From a virus (Duplodnaviria > Caudoviricetes): a stretch of DNA of 43,053 bases. The notes below the pieces were generated by a model. It saw only the letters and a program-made list of their open reading frames with translations. It was not told where the DNA came from and did no database searches. The translations under genes were made by a program, and so were the position numbers. Below are positions 25,212 to 34,020 of the stretch, in pieces. Location: IMG/VR virus record IMGVR_UViG_3300043220_000040, positions 1 to 43,053 of that record; one strand, 5' to 3'. Position 1 is the stretch's first letter, and every line of letters starts with the position of its first letter.

Positions 25212-25663
25212 CGCAGCGCTGCCCTCAGTAAGTCTGCCAAGGCCCTACCGAACTCGGCCGTCATCTCACGCTTGTTCTCGTCCAGGGCCGGCCGGAGGTA
25301 CGGCCGCGCAGCCTGGTGGAACGTGCGCCCCAGGCTGTCCGTTCCTGCGAAGCCGAACTCGATACGCCGCGCATAGACCACATTCGTGCCCACGGCAACT
25401 ACATGGCTACCAGGAGCGGGGCCGATGTCCGTGCCGGTGCTAGGGGACTCTAGGCCATCACCGAAGCCGCCTACGTGGATGGAGCGGCGCAGGTTGCCCG
25501 TCAGCACCGCGGCCTTTTGCTTCGCCGCATTCATGGCGACCAGCGCGGCGGCCCTGAGCGCGTTATCCAGAATGTTGCCCCGGTCAATAGCGTTGGCGAC
25601 ACGCGACAGGCGACGTTGCACGTTCTCAGCCCCGGTAATCCGAGCCTCGAAGCTGGCGACCAT
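25208..25663 (-). CDS. HK97 gp10-like tail completion protein
   Basis: V.TGNLRRSI...VGTNV.YA..IEFG...ARPYLRPALD. Confidence 0.88.
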   Translation of the reverse strand: MVASFEARITGAENVQRRLSRVANAIDRGNILDNALRAAALVAMNAAKQKAAVLTGNLRRSIHVGGFGDGLESPSTGTDIGPAPGSHVVAVGTNVVYARRIEFGFAGTDSLGRTFHQAARPYLRPALDENKREMTAEFGRALADLLRAALR

Positions 25664-26022
25664 TACAGCAGCACCTCGCGCAGACTGAGCTTCGTCGTGA
25701 TGCTCTGGGAGTCATGTTCAACACCCAGAATGTCGTAATTCACGCCGCTTGAGACGAACCGGTGTATGGCCGGCTCAATCGTGCGGTGGTCCCCGGCCAG
25801 TAGAGCCAGGTGCGTGCGGTCGGCGAAGGCGGGCAAGCGAACCTCACCCGCTGTGTCAGCAGCGATAGCGCACGCGATGTCAATGAGCTTCGCGACGTCG
25901 GCCCAGGTGTTCGTCGGGTTGCCCTTAGTGTTCGTGACCGTCTTCAACTGAACGGTCCCGGTATCCGGGAAGTGCGTCGTGCTCGTGAGGACGGTAGTGA
26001 GGCGGGAGTCGATTAGGCCCAT
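25663..26022 (-). CDS. Head closure (stopper) protein
   Basis: Position in the neck module; G.P...W.......C....Y.I.GV. Confidence 0.7.
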   Translation of the reverse strand: MGLIDSRLTTVLTSTTHFPDTGTVQLKTVTNTKGNPTNTWADVAKLIDIACAIAADTAGEVRLPAFADRTHLALLAGDHRTIEPAIHRFVSSGVNYDILGVEHDSQSITTKLSLREVLL

Positions 26023-26507
26023 CAGCCAAGCCTCGCTACATACAATTGGCTGGCGCTCGGCGTACAGGTAACGTTGCCGCCATCATCGTGCCCAACGTAG
26101 GCTTCGATGATTCCATTCGCCGGTACTGTCAAGATGCCCCCACAGCTAATCGATCCAGGCCGCGCCGCCGCGAGCACGTTACGCGCCCAGTCAATCCCAG
26201 CGTCAGCACCATCCAGATAGATATGCCCTGTCCACGAGGCTGCGCCGCTCACTTCGTATCCCATGTGCCAACCGATGAGATAGACACCAGCGGTAGCTAT
26301 CACGATGCGATTGTTGGCAACCTGTGGATCGACACCGTTGCAGGCTACGAAGGCCGTTTCCCAGAGTGTGAACTTCTGCGCCGCCCCCGTCGCAATGACC
26401 TGCCCGGCGCTCGCTGCATGGATGGCCAAGCCACCATATCCGACGGTATGCAGCTCCGGCCAGTCCGGCCCATAAGCGCCTTCGCGACCAGCGTGTTCTA
26501 CAGTCAT
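26022..26507 (-). CDS. C1q/TNF-like jelly-roll neck or head decoration protein
   Basis: NRIVI.TAGVYLI...IEAYV.H pattern. Confidence 0.55.
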   Translation of the reverse strand: MTVEHAGREGAYGPDWPELHTVGYGGLAIHAASAGQVIATGAAQKFTLWETAFVACNGVDPQVANNRIVIATAGVYLIGWHMGYEVSGAASWTGHIYLDGADAGIDWARNVLAAARPGSISCGGILTVPANGIIEAYVGHDDGGNVTCTPSASQLYVARLG

Positions 26508-26893
26508 GTCACATCCCTCAGCGCTTGCTTAATGATGCGCTCGCGGCGAGAGAACGGGTCGTACACCAGCTCCGCCCAATCGAAGGCATCACCGGGATCG
26601 CCGAGCCCGCTGTCGTACAAGGTCCGCCACTGCTTGGCCTTCAGGCGCCACTCAGCCGCAGTCGCAGCACCGTTGGTCTGGAGGTCCATGATGCGGATCA
26701 CCTTCTGGATGTAGAGTTCGCTTGACGCGATGCCCTCAGCGGCCAGCGCCGCCCCGAGTAGAACTTCGCTCGCGCCCAGGTCCAAGAAGGCGTCGATAGA
26801 GGCGTCATCGAATATCTCATTGGCGCTCTCTACGTCGCCGATGAGTAGCCGGACGCGGCCCCGGTCTGTCGTCGGGTCGAATGTGAAGACGAT
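26504..26893 (-). CDS. Head-to-tail adaptor with non-canonical ATC start
   Basis: VFTFDPTTDRGRVRLLIGD...IFDD..I.AFL is the typical adaptor N-terminus and lies upstream of the ORF-track start (26785). SD GGAGGT sits 5 nt before ATC 26893. Confidence 0.75.
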   Translation of the reverse strand: MVFTFDPTTDRGRVRLLIGDVESANEIFDDASIDAFLDLGASEVLLGAALAAEGIASSELYIQKVIRIMDLQTNGAATAAEWRLKAKQWRTLYDSGLGDPGDAFDWAELVYDPFSRRERIIKQALRDVT

Positions 26894-26896
26894 GGC

Positions 26897-27148
26897 CTAC
26901 CTCCGGCTGCGCTCCTTGCTCTTCGCTGGCACAGGCTTTCTGCTCAACGCTGCGCCGGGCTCCTGGTCAGCAGCCTCTACAGCCGCTACGGCCTGCACCC
27001 CCTCCCGCAACTCGACAGGTCCATTCTTGATAACCACAGGGCGGGGGCCGTCCGCCAAGTCGGCCCGCAACCCCTTCAATTCGTCTAGGATAGCCGCCAA
27101 GTATTCGTCGCCAACGGTCATCGGCCGCGACAGTTTCTTCTCTTCCAT
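26897..27148 (-). CDS. Small protein following the major capsid gene
   Basis: P.T..DEYLAAILDEL..LR coiled segment and basic tail. Confidence 0.7.
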   Translation of the reverse strand: MEEKKLSRPMTVGDEYLAAILDELKGLRADLADGPRPVVIKNGPVELREGVQAVAAVEAADQEPGAALSRKPVPAKSKERSRR

Positions 27149-27153
27149 CGCTA

Positions 27154-28311
27154 CTAGGTCGTGCCGTTGCTTCCTACGATGGCCTTCGGGTCTTGCAGGA
27201 TACCGCCGAGCACATGGCGCACCTTGTACTCGATGGAGTCGGTGCCGAAGTCTCCGTCAAACGGAGCGGCAGAGCCCCCGCCCACGCGCTGGGCGTTCGG
27301 ACTCTTGATGAAGATTTCCGGCTCAGTGTGGCCGCGCAGAAACCCGATCTCGACTGTCGGGCGCGCACTGGACGGGTTGGCCACGATGATCCACGACGTA
27401 TCGCCGTTGGTGGTGGCGATGATCGGGATGTACGGGTTGACGTTCAGGCGCAGCCGGTTCTTCATCCAGTTCACGGCTACCAACGTCTGCGCCGAAGTAC
27501 CGCCCCCGTCCGTGAGCGCTCGGATTTCGAGCGCGTTCATGATGTTCTGCGCCACAACTTCCAGGGCCGGCGGTACGACCAACTCAGCAGAGTCGATCAC
27601 GATGGGCTCGCCATCGGCGTCAACCTGATTGCCGAGCACCGTAAACGCGGCCTGGAGGCCAGCCACAGATAGCGCAGCGGTGAGGATGTTGTTATTCCCC
27701 GATGCGACGTGCGTTGCATCCGGGCCGTTCGAATCGAAGAGGAGGTCGGTGACGAAGCGCTCTTCCGTCCGCCGAGCGGCCCGGGCAAAGCGCATCGGGA
27801 TATCCTTCAGCGCGTCCAGGTCGTCGTTGATCATCGCCTCCCAGGAGAACGGAATCTTGCGCCCATACTTCACCACAGCGTAGGTGTACCGCGTCTCCGA
27901 GAGATTGGACTGTGGATATTCTTCCTGCTCGTTGACCTGGCCCAGCACCGCCTCAGACCCGTCAATGGCGAAGCGCCGCACACTGCGGAAGTCAGGGACC
28001 GTCTTCACCGCCGCATAGTTCGGGTAGCTGACCGGCCACTCTCGGTAGTTTGCCAAGAGCTGGCGATCCAGCACGTCGCCGAAGAGCAATGGGAAGTCGC
28101 TCGTTGTCAGCGCCTCTTGGAACGTCCACAAGGCGAGGCGCTGTCCGTCCATGGCGTCGGCCATGAGCTTCGCGGCTTCGGCAAGCTGGACCTTGTATTC
28201 CGGCCCGCTCCGTTTCAGGGACCGCACGCTCCGCCCAGCGTCACCGAAGAGGCGCCCTATCGACGCAGACTCGGCCCGGATGTTTTCGATTACCTCTAGG
28301 AATTCTGCCAT
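27154..28311 (-). CDS. Major capsid protein (HK97 fold, Mu gpT-like family)
   Basis: TTSDFP.L, V.DF, V.E..EY, KYG....SWE..INDDL..., LVVPPAL, FL.G...P, I.YKVRH..G. Confidence 0.92.
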   Translation of the reverse strand: MAEFLEVIENIRAESASIGRLFGDAGRSVRSLKRSGPEYKVQLAEAAKLMADAMDGQRLALWTFQEALTTSDFPLLFGDVLDRQLLANYREWPVSYPNYAAVKTVPDFRSVRRFAIDGSEAVLGQVNEQEEYPQSNLSETRYTYAVVKYGRKIPFSWEAMINDDLDALKDIPMRFARAARRTEERFVTDLLFDSNGPDATHVASGNNNILTAALSVAGLQAAFTVLGNQVDADGEPIVIDSAELVVPPALEVVAQNIMNALEIRALTDGGGTSAQTLVAVNWMKNRLRLNVNPYIPIIATTNGDTSWIIVANPSSARPTVEIGFLRGHTEPEIFIKSPNAQRVGGGSAAPFDGDFGTDSIEYKVRHVLGGILQDPKAIVGSNGTT

Positions 28312-28341
28312 GTCATTGTCCTCCTAATCTCTCAGGCCGGC

Positions 28342-29406
28342 CTAGCTGAAGGCGGCCATCGGGATTTCGATGAACCAGACGCGGATGGACAGCGTACCGT
28401 CGCCAGTCGTGTACTCTGCCGCGCCGTTGTTATCGAGGTCAACGGCCTTGTTCGCCTCGGGAATGAAGCCAGCCAGGTTCAGCGGGTCAATCAGCGCGGC
28501 ATCGGCGGACGCCTCCAAGAGCGCTGTGCATTGAGCCTCGGAACCGATCTCGCCGATCTCGTTGCTGGCGTTGTACTTCAGCGCAAGCTGGTCGCTGTTG
28601 TTCACCTGCACGAAGTCGGTGCCGCCGTGGTCTAGGAAGATAGCAACGCGCACAGGGAAGACCGCGAGATTGGCACCCGGCGTCGGCACGACCTCAATGT
28701 TGGCGCCCAGCAGCGCGTTGACCTGAGCGGCGCTGAGCTGGGTGTCCTTGTACTGGATCAGGCCCGGCTCCACCTTGGCGCTGGTCACGGCCTCATCTGT
28801 AATCGAACCCGTCACCACAGCGTTGGAGGCCAGCGCAATCGTGGCGCCGAGCGGGATGTGCTGCACGTTGATCAGGGTGGTGGCGTTCGCGCTTACGACT
28901 TCCAGGGCGATTCCGAAGACGGCATCCATACTCGTAGCGGTGTTGTTGAGGTTCACGGACCCCGTGCCCGTGCCCGTGTCGTGGTAGTAGATGGTATCGC
29001 CGACCGCGATCCCAGTCCCTTCGTTGTCATCGACAGTCAAGTCCCAAACACCTGGCCCGAGGTCTGTGACGGTCTCAGTCGCGCCCGCGCCGCCGTCGCC
29101 TTCATCCAACAAGGCAACGCCAGTGAGCACGCCGAACCGCACAGGGTCACCGCTATTGGGCGCGGCCGGATGATCCAGGACTAGGGCTAGCTGGTAGCCG
29201 GGCTTGTGAATCTGATTCGTCGCACCGCCCGCCATCGCAGGCATTCCGCTAGGGCTCCAGAAGAGTCGGCGGCGGGCAGGGCTAAGGACGCCGAATTGCT
29301 CCCGGCGAATGCGCCGTGGGAAGTTGCGCCAGCCGACACGCTGCGACGCAGCGAGTATGGCCATGGCTGCGCCGAACAGGGCAGCCAGCTTGCGTAGAGT
29401 GTGCAT
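28342..29406 (-). CDS. Capsid cement/decoration protein (DUF2190-like) with N-terminal leader and extra C-terminal domain
   Basis: SGDPV.FG...GVAL.D...GVWDL.V...IAVGD.IY; 61-aa leader ending PAMAGG. Confidence 0.7.
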   Translation of the reverse strand: MHTLRKLAALFGAAMAILAASQRVGWRNFPRRIRREQFGVLSPARRRLFWSPSGMPAMAGGATNQIHKPGYQLALVLDHPAAPNSGDPVRFGVLTGVALLDEGDGGAGATETVTDLGPGVWDLTVDDNEGTGIAVGDTIYYHDTGTGTGSVNLNNTATSMDAVFGIALEVVSANATTLINVQHIPLGATIALASNAVVTGSITDEAVTSAKVEPGLIQYKDTQLSAAQVNALLGANIEVVPTPGANLAVFPVRVAIFLDHGGTDFVQVNNSDQLALKYNASNEIGEIGSEAQCTALLEASADAALIDPLNLAGFIPEANKAVDLDNNGAAEYTTGDGTLSIRVWFIEIPMAAFS

Positions 29407-29436
29407 AATCGCTCTCCTTCTCCTCTTCTAGTGCCG

Positions 29437-30756
29437 CTAGTTCCGGCCAGCGACGGCGATCTTCGCGCCGGACTCGGTTGCGCCGAGGCGCCGGAACGAC
29501 TCTTCTAGTTCCGCATCGACCTTCTCTTCATCGTCGCCCCCCGCCGCGCTACCCATGCCCTTGATGCTCCCAGACTCGGTGAGCTTGGCGAGGTAGTCGA
29601 TCTCCGCCTTGGCCGCCTCCTCGATGGCCTTCTCGTAGGCGTCGCGGTCAAGCGCGCCGTCCTTGGTGGGCGGCGACTTGCTCAGGGACTCCACGAGGCG
29701 GGCGCGGGTCAGCTCCGGCAGGTGCTCGACCTTGCCCAGGACCTCCGTGGCGATCTCGCGGGCCTCGCGTAGCACGGCCCCTTCCTGGAGCCGGGCTAGC
29801 TCGGTCGCCTGCGTGGTCCGCGCTTCCTTGAGCTCGTCGCGCTCCTTCTCTGCGGCGGCGCGACCGTCTACCGCCTCCTTCAACTCCTGTTCTGTTGGCA
29901 TGTTCTCATCCTCCTTCTGCTTGAGTAGCCGCCCCCTGGCGGACTCCATGAGTTCCAGTACCTTGCCGCCGGCCGCGGCCTTCGTGACGAAATCGACGCT
30001 TTCGACCTTGACCATATTCTGGACGATGGGCCCCCTCTTGCCCTCCGCCTCCCCTTCTGTTGCCTCGCCAACGGCACGGTGGCTCAGGCCGATATGCGGT
30101 GCCAACTCGCCCAGGCTACCCCTGAACGCTTCGGCCACCTGGGCGTCGGCGTAGATGCCAGGGCCAGCAGAACCATTCTTTTGCCACCGGCCATCTGAGG
30201 CTAGCGTGCCCACCAGGTCCGCAACGGAACGCTCGGGGCGCTCATGCTTCTCCGTGACCGTCGGGTGATTCAGGTACATGTGGAGGCCGCGCTTGTAGAC
30301 CTTCGGGCCATCACGCTCTAGCAGTTCCGAGCTGTAATAGCCGCTGTTGCCCCAGCCCGGCGCAATGATCTTGATCGGCATGGTGCCATCCGGCCGCACG
30401 CTGCTTTCGATCAGCGGCGTAAGGTCGCTGCAGAGTTCGGCAGCCGCCTCGTTCTGTCGTTTGGTGAGTAGCTTGCTTAGTCCCTCGATGGCGCGGAGGA
30501 TCGGGCCTGGCTTCTCATCACTCTCACGCAGCGGCTCCTCGAAACTCACCGCGCCGTCCTCGCCAATCACACAGCCCGCCTCGCGCATCCCGCCTGCCAC
30601 GGCGTTCGCCTGACGGATGGCGCTGCCCTCGCAGTCGCTCTTGCCCGCCTCTTCGCAGGCCATGAGCGCGCCGTTCGCCACGCGCACCCAGACGTTCTTC
30701 TGCTTGTCGGATAGTCCCTTTACGTGGTCGTCTACGTCTGCGACTTTCCAGGGCAT
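29437..30756 (-). CDS. Prohead protease/scaffold with N-terminal ChaB-like domain
   Basis: MPW...L..KQK..W..VAN..L...AIR.AN (ChaB-like); G.GNS.YY...Y.NHP...IGLS...SVDFV...AAGG protease-like core; coiled-coil scaffold with internal RBS and ATG at 29901. Confidence 0.8.
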   Translation of the reverse strand: MPWKVADVDDHVKGLSDKQKNVWVRVANGALMACEEAGKSDCEGSAIRQANAVAGGMREAGCVIGEDGAVSFEEPLRESDEKPGPILRAIEGLSKLLTKRQNEAAAELCSDLTPLIESSVRPDGTMPIKIIAPGWGNSGYYSSELLERDGPKVYKRGLHMYLNHPTVTEKHERPERSVADLVGTLASDGRWQKNGSAGPGIYADAQVAEAFRGSLGELAPHIGLSHRAVGEATEGEAEGKRGPIVQNMVKVESVDFVTKAAAGGKVLELMESARGRLLKQKEDENMPTEQELKEAVDGRAAAEKERDELKEARTTQATELARLQEGAVLREAREIATEVLGKVEHLPELTRARLVESLSKSPPTKDGALDRDAYEKAIEEAAKAEIDYLAKLTESGSIKGMGSAAGGDDEEKVDAELEESFRRLGATESGAKIAVAGRN

Positions 30757-30762
30757 AGGGGA

Positions 30763-30814
30763 AGGCCCTCCTGCCTAAACAGAGGGCCTAGGTGGCCACG
30801 GGGCCGAAGGGGCC
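30763..30814 (-). promoter_or_regulatory. Structured 5' leader: four GGCC repeats and an SD-occluding hairpin
   Basis: GGCC at 30811, 30802, 30794 and 30785. AGGCCCTC (30782-30789) pairs with GAGGGCCT (30763-30770), overlapping AGGAGG (30767-30772). Confidence 0.6.
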
Positions 30815-30856
30815 TATTGCTTCAGCGTTTCAGCTGATCATGCAATCGTCGCCTAT

Positions 30857-30885
30857 ATGCTATGCAAGGGCGCGGGGATTGTCAA
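30857..30885 (-). promoter_or_regulatory. Sigma70-type promoter for the head-tail operon
   Basis: TTGACA-17 bp-TAGCAT at the start of a ~125-bp intergenic gap. Confidence 0.7.
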
Positions 30886-31049
30886 GGGGCCTTCTCCGCG
30901 CTCACGGTCAATACGCCGCCCTGCAAGTCGACCTGGAGGTGCGCGCCGCAGCCCTTGCAGCGAAGCCGCTGACCCTTGATCTCCTCGGCCTCGGTGAGAT
31001 GGCGGCCGCATGACGGGCAGTGGATCGAGGTGATGGTGGGGGGCGTCAT
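30882..31049 (-). CDS. Mu Com-like Zn-ribbon protein (55 aa, absent from the ORF track)
   Basis: MTPPTITSIHCPSCGRHLTEAEEIKGQRLRCKGCGAHLQVDLQGGVLTVSAEKAP; CxxCGR.L-CxxC; coupled to the upstream stop. Confidence 0.7.
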   Translation of the reverse strand: MTPPTITSIHCPSCGRHLTEAEEIKGQRLRCKGCGAHLQVDLQGGVLTVSAEKAP

Positions 31050-31051
31050 CA

Positions 31052-31180
31052 TCATTGCTCTGAGAGCATGGCGTAGATGATGCGTGCAGCCTGAGCTGTG
31101 GTCAAGGGTGTGGTCCGGGCCAACTCCAAGATTGCATGAGTGACCACCGAGGGCTCATTGAATGGCCGCGCTGTACTCAT
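31052..31180 (-). CDS. 42-aa hypothetical protein
   Basis: ATG 5 nt after the MuF-like stop; coupled to the Com-like gene. Confidence 0.5.
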   Translation of the reverse strand: MSTARPFNEPSVVTHAILELARTTPLTTAQAARIIYAMLSEQ

Positions 31181-31185
31181 AAATG

Positions 31186-32028
31186 TCACGCCGCCACCCT
31201 CACGCTTGCAGGCTGGCGCCTCAGCAGCATTGTGCAGCGACACGCCGGGTGCTGGAGCGGCTGATCGACGCCGCCGGGGAAGGTGTCGTCAAGCGGTATC
31301 CAGTCGGCGCCCTCGTTGGCCGCACAGTCCGCAGAAACTCGCTTGTCCCCCACGGTGAGCCAGGACTTCTCCATGACGAGTCCCGCCGCTACCAAGTTGT
31401 CAGCGACAGCCCGGTTGCCAACCTCATAGGCGTTACCGGTCTCCGTCACCGCCACCAGATGGGAGCGGCTTCTGATGTGCTGTTGCGGTGCCGGGGTAGC
31501 GAAGCCCTCGAAGCGCTCGCGGATCGTCCTGGCGATCTGGTCATAACTCTGGCCCTCGCTGAGCCCGGTAGCGATGATAGTGCGAAGGCCGCGCTTCGTC
31601 TCATTGTTAATCGCCGCGACAGCCTCGGCGCCCTGCGCCTCAAGGAATACCGCCGCCCTGGGGTTGCTCAGATCGAACGCGCCCGTCACGCTGAAGTCCG
31701 CCATCGTATGCCCCGCCCCGAGCAAGAGCGAGTCTTCGATGGCCTGCTGGGTCGCCGGCGCAAAGAGCGATTCGCTGGCCGCAATGCTGTCGAAGATGGC
31801 CTCCCAGTTCGGCGGAAGTACGTCGCCGGGGGCCTCTTGGAGCCTGCCCGCCAGCACGCCGGCGCGGTGATTCAGCGCGGCGACGAACGCCTGGCCCTGC
31901 TTGCGGAAGGCCCGCTGCATGGCCAGCTCGATCTTGCGCTCGATGGGGCTGAGCGCCCGCCGCTTCCGGCGTGTGGTGAAGGCTTCGATGAGGCGGTCGA
32001 GGGTGGCGAGTTGAGGAGTGGTAATCAC
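31186..32028 (-). CDS. Head morphogenesis / minor capsid protein (Mu F / SPP1 gp7-like)
   Basis: IN.ET...L...I..G...G.S...IA, VA.TE...AY, KSWLT.GD.RV..C..N, P..HP.CRC. Confidence 0.9.
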   Translation of the reverse strand: MITTPQLATLDRLIEAFTTRRKRRALSPIERKIELAMQRAFRKQGQAFVAALNHRAGVLAGRLQEAPGDVLPPNWEAIFDSIAASESLFAPATQQAIEDSLLLGAGHTMADFSVTGAFDLSNPRAAVFLEAQGAEAVAAINNETKRGLRTIIATGLSEGQSYDQIARTIRERFEGFATPAPQQHIRSRSHLVAVTETGNAYEVGNRAVADNLVAAGLVMEKSWLTVGDKRVSADCAANEGADWIPLDDTFPGGVDQPLQHPACRCTMLLRRQPASVRVAA

Positions 32029-32165
32029 CACGGCCAGAACACCCAATACCATCCCACGCTTGCCATAGCCGCCCCCAGAGCAAACCCGAAGGTGCTACGT
32101 GGCCCAGGTGCAACCAGAACCCCAAGGCCGATGAGCCACATAGCCGTTGGCAACAGGGCTGTCAC
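32025..32165 (-). CDS. 46-aa two-TM membrane peptide
   Basis: MTALLPTAMWLIGLGVLVAPGPRSTFGFALGAAMASVGWYWVFWPW; GTGA-coupled at both ends. Confidence 0.55.
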   Translation of the reverse strand: MTALLPTAMWLIGLGVLVAPGPRSTFGFALGAAMASVGWYWVFWPW

Positions 32166-32458
32166 CCTCGTGTCTCCAAACCCTTCGCTGCGAAGAGCAT
32201 TCGAACCTTATGCTGATCCCCGTGCTGCACAATCGCCAAGCTCTCCAACTTCCCATGAGGGCCGCCAGCGACTAGCGTCTGGCCGATCACAGCATACATG
32301 GCCACTTCACCGCCAGAGAGTTGCGGGAACTGTGCACCTTCCTCGACATGCGGTAGCACGTCAAGTCCCGGCACGCCCACCGCACACATGCCGATCTCCT
32401 CGCTCTCCCCGAAGCGTGTTTGGTGGAAGGTGAAGATCGCGCCGCGTTTGTACGTCAT
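32162..32458 (-). CDS. Hypothetical protein
   Basis: ATGA-coupled to the portal gene; RBS GGAGG. Confidence 0.7.
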   Translation of the reverse strand: MTYKRGAIFTFHQTRFGESEEIGMCAVGVPGLDVLPHVEEGAQFPQLSGGEVAMYAVIGQTLVAGGPHGKLESLAIVQHGDQHKVRMLFAAKGLETRG

Positions 32459-34020
32459 GCCGAGCCTCCGTTCTTGCTCGCCTCGACCAACTGGTGCACA
32501 TCCTGCAACGCTTGGCCGAATTTCGCCTCCGTCGCGGTCATGTTGTCGTCCATCTGCTGAAGCATCTCATCGATGTTGTCTTCGCCCAGCACCCGTAGGA
32601 GCATCCGGGCTAGGGCCTCCTTGGTGAAGAGTTCAGCCGACGGCTTGCCGTCCAGGGTCGCCGCCATGACAATCGCTTGGATCATGGCTGCGCTGTCGCG
32701 CTCTAGGATCGGTGGCCAGTCCACGTCGAGCGTGTCGTTAACTTCGCTGCGCCACACCACCATGCGGCTGTTATCCAGGGGATCAGCCACGACGTTACCC
32801 GCGCCCCGTAGCGCACCGCTCGGTGTGCCCACAGCCTGCATCAACACGTAATCGGCGATGCTGCCGAAGATGCCGGTCCATAGCATCTGACGGGACCGCA
32901 TCTTGAGCTCGGTGGGTCGATCCAGCGTCTTCGCGGTGGCCAGGTTGCCCACGTCGGCGTCGCCGGCCAGGATTGTATCAGGCAACCCGACCCCCGCAGC
33001 GACCATGAGACGCAACCCCCGCCCTTCATCCGGCGTCTGCGTCATGCCCTTGGTTGAGATGGGCGCTAGCTGGCCACCCTCGCTACCAAGGAACAAGCTC
33101 GCCACATTAGGCGGTGGGTTGCTCTCGGAACTGGAAACGGATTGCCCGAGGGTCGTTTGGAGTTTCGTCTTCGCGGCTTCTACACCCTTCTTTCCCTTGA
33201 CTGTGAGATTGAAAACGAACCGGGCCCGCGCCCTTGACACGGTGGCGAAATCTTCCAGGTTCTCCTTGACGGCCTTGGCCCAGTCCAGCGCGGGGTAAAC
33301 CTCAGGCACGCCGAACTTCATGTGGGCGCTCCCGCCCACCTTGCTGTGGTAGACGGGGCTGTTCCACAGAACGGGGTGCGCGCCGAAGTTGGGCGGCCTC
33401 TGCGATGGCCAGTACCGCACGTCAGGATAGAAGGCCTCGCGCTGCTGGCCCCTCACCGACCCGGTGAACCTCAAGTCCCTCTTCTGCTCGCTCCAGACAC
33501 GCCGATAGAACCATGGTTCCTTGGCATCCTCGGGGTTGCAGATGATGTCGCGAATCTCCTCGACCGGGATGCCGCGCACCAGGACGCGGCCCGTCGAGAT
33601 ATTGGTGAACAGCGCGAAAAAGAGGTTGCCCGCAACCTCAAGTTCTTGTTCATTCTCGATCAGGGCGCGGTGATCGCTGAAGGCGGCTTGGTTCTTCGGG
33701 TCGCCCCAGAAGCCCTGCCAGACATCCTTGAGCGCTTCCTCCTCGTACATGGTCGAGACGCCCTGGCCGAAGACGTAGCCCGAGGTAACGTCGACGGCGT
33801 GATTGATGAGCGGATTCTTACGAACCGCGAGCCGGGCCAGGTGAATGATCTTCGCCAGGCCCTCACGGCTGAACTCGCGGTCGCCTTCGAGGCTGAGCTT
33901 CAGCCAGGCGGTATCCTCAAGGGCCAGCTCTAGCTCGGCCAGCCGCTCCTCGAGCAGCACGTTCGTCTGGCGCTCCTGCTGGTAGGCTTCGGCGAACTCG
34001 GCCTTAGTGGGCTTCATCAT
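32455..34020 (-). CDS. Portal protein
   Basis: NPLI...V.....YVFGQG, GN.F.AL, G.PE...ALDW, GNLATAKTLDRPT; lies between TerL and the MuF-like gene. Confidence 0.88.
   Translation of the reverse strand: MMKPTKAEFAEAYQQERQTNVLLEERLAELELALEDTAWLKLSLEGDREFSREGLAKIIHLARLAVRKNPLINHAVDVTSGYVFGQGVSTMYEEEALKDVWQGFWGDPKNQAAFSDHRALIENEQELEVAGNLFFALFTNISTGRVLVRGIPVEEIRDIICNPEDAKEPWFYRRVWSEQKRDLRFTGSVRGQQREAFYPDVRYWPSQRPPNFGAHPVLWNSPVYHSKVGGSAHMKFGVPEVYPALDWAKAVKENLEDFATVSRARARFVFNLTVKGKKGVEAAKTKLQTTLGQSVSSSESNPPPNVASLFLGSEGGQLAPISTKGMTQTPDEGRGLRLMVAAGVGLPDTILAGDADVGNLATAKTLDRPTELKMRSRQMLWTGIFGSIADYVLMQAVGTPSGALRGAGNVVADPLDNSRMVVWRSEVNDTLDVDWPPILERDSAAMIQAIVMAATLDGKPSAELFTKEALARMLLRVLGEDNIDEMLQQMDDNMTATEAKFGQALQDVHQLVEASKNGGSA

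Noticed and set aside
26894-26899. Genome-wide TAG or TGA reassignment
   Set aside because: Core genes (capsid, terminase, tape measure, lysin) end properly at TAG, TGA is used in many ATGA overlaps, and no suppressor tRNA was seen.
30822-30836. c-di-GMP or other known riboswitch in the head-operon leader
   Set aside because: Only a short GAAA-containing hairpin is present; I could not match the other conserved elements.
31183-32433. Long plus-strand ORFs (416 aa here; also 4392-5300, 20533-21372 and others)
   Set aside because: Antisense shadows of well-supported minus-strand genes in GC-rich DNA, with no motifs or RBS.
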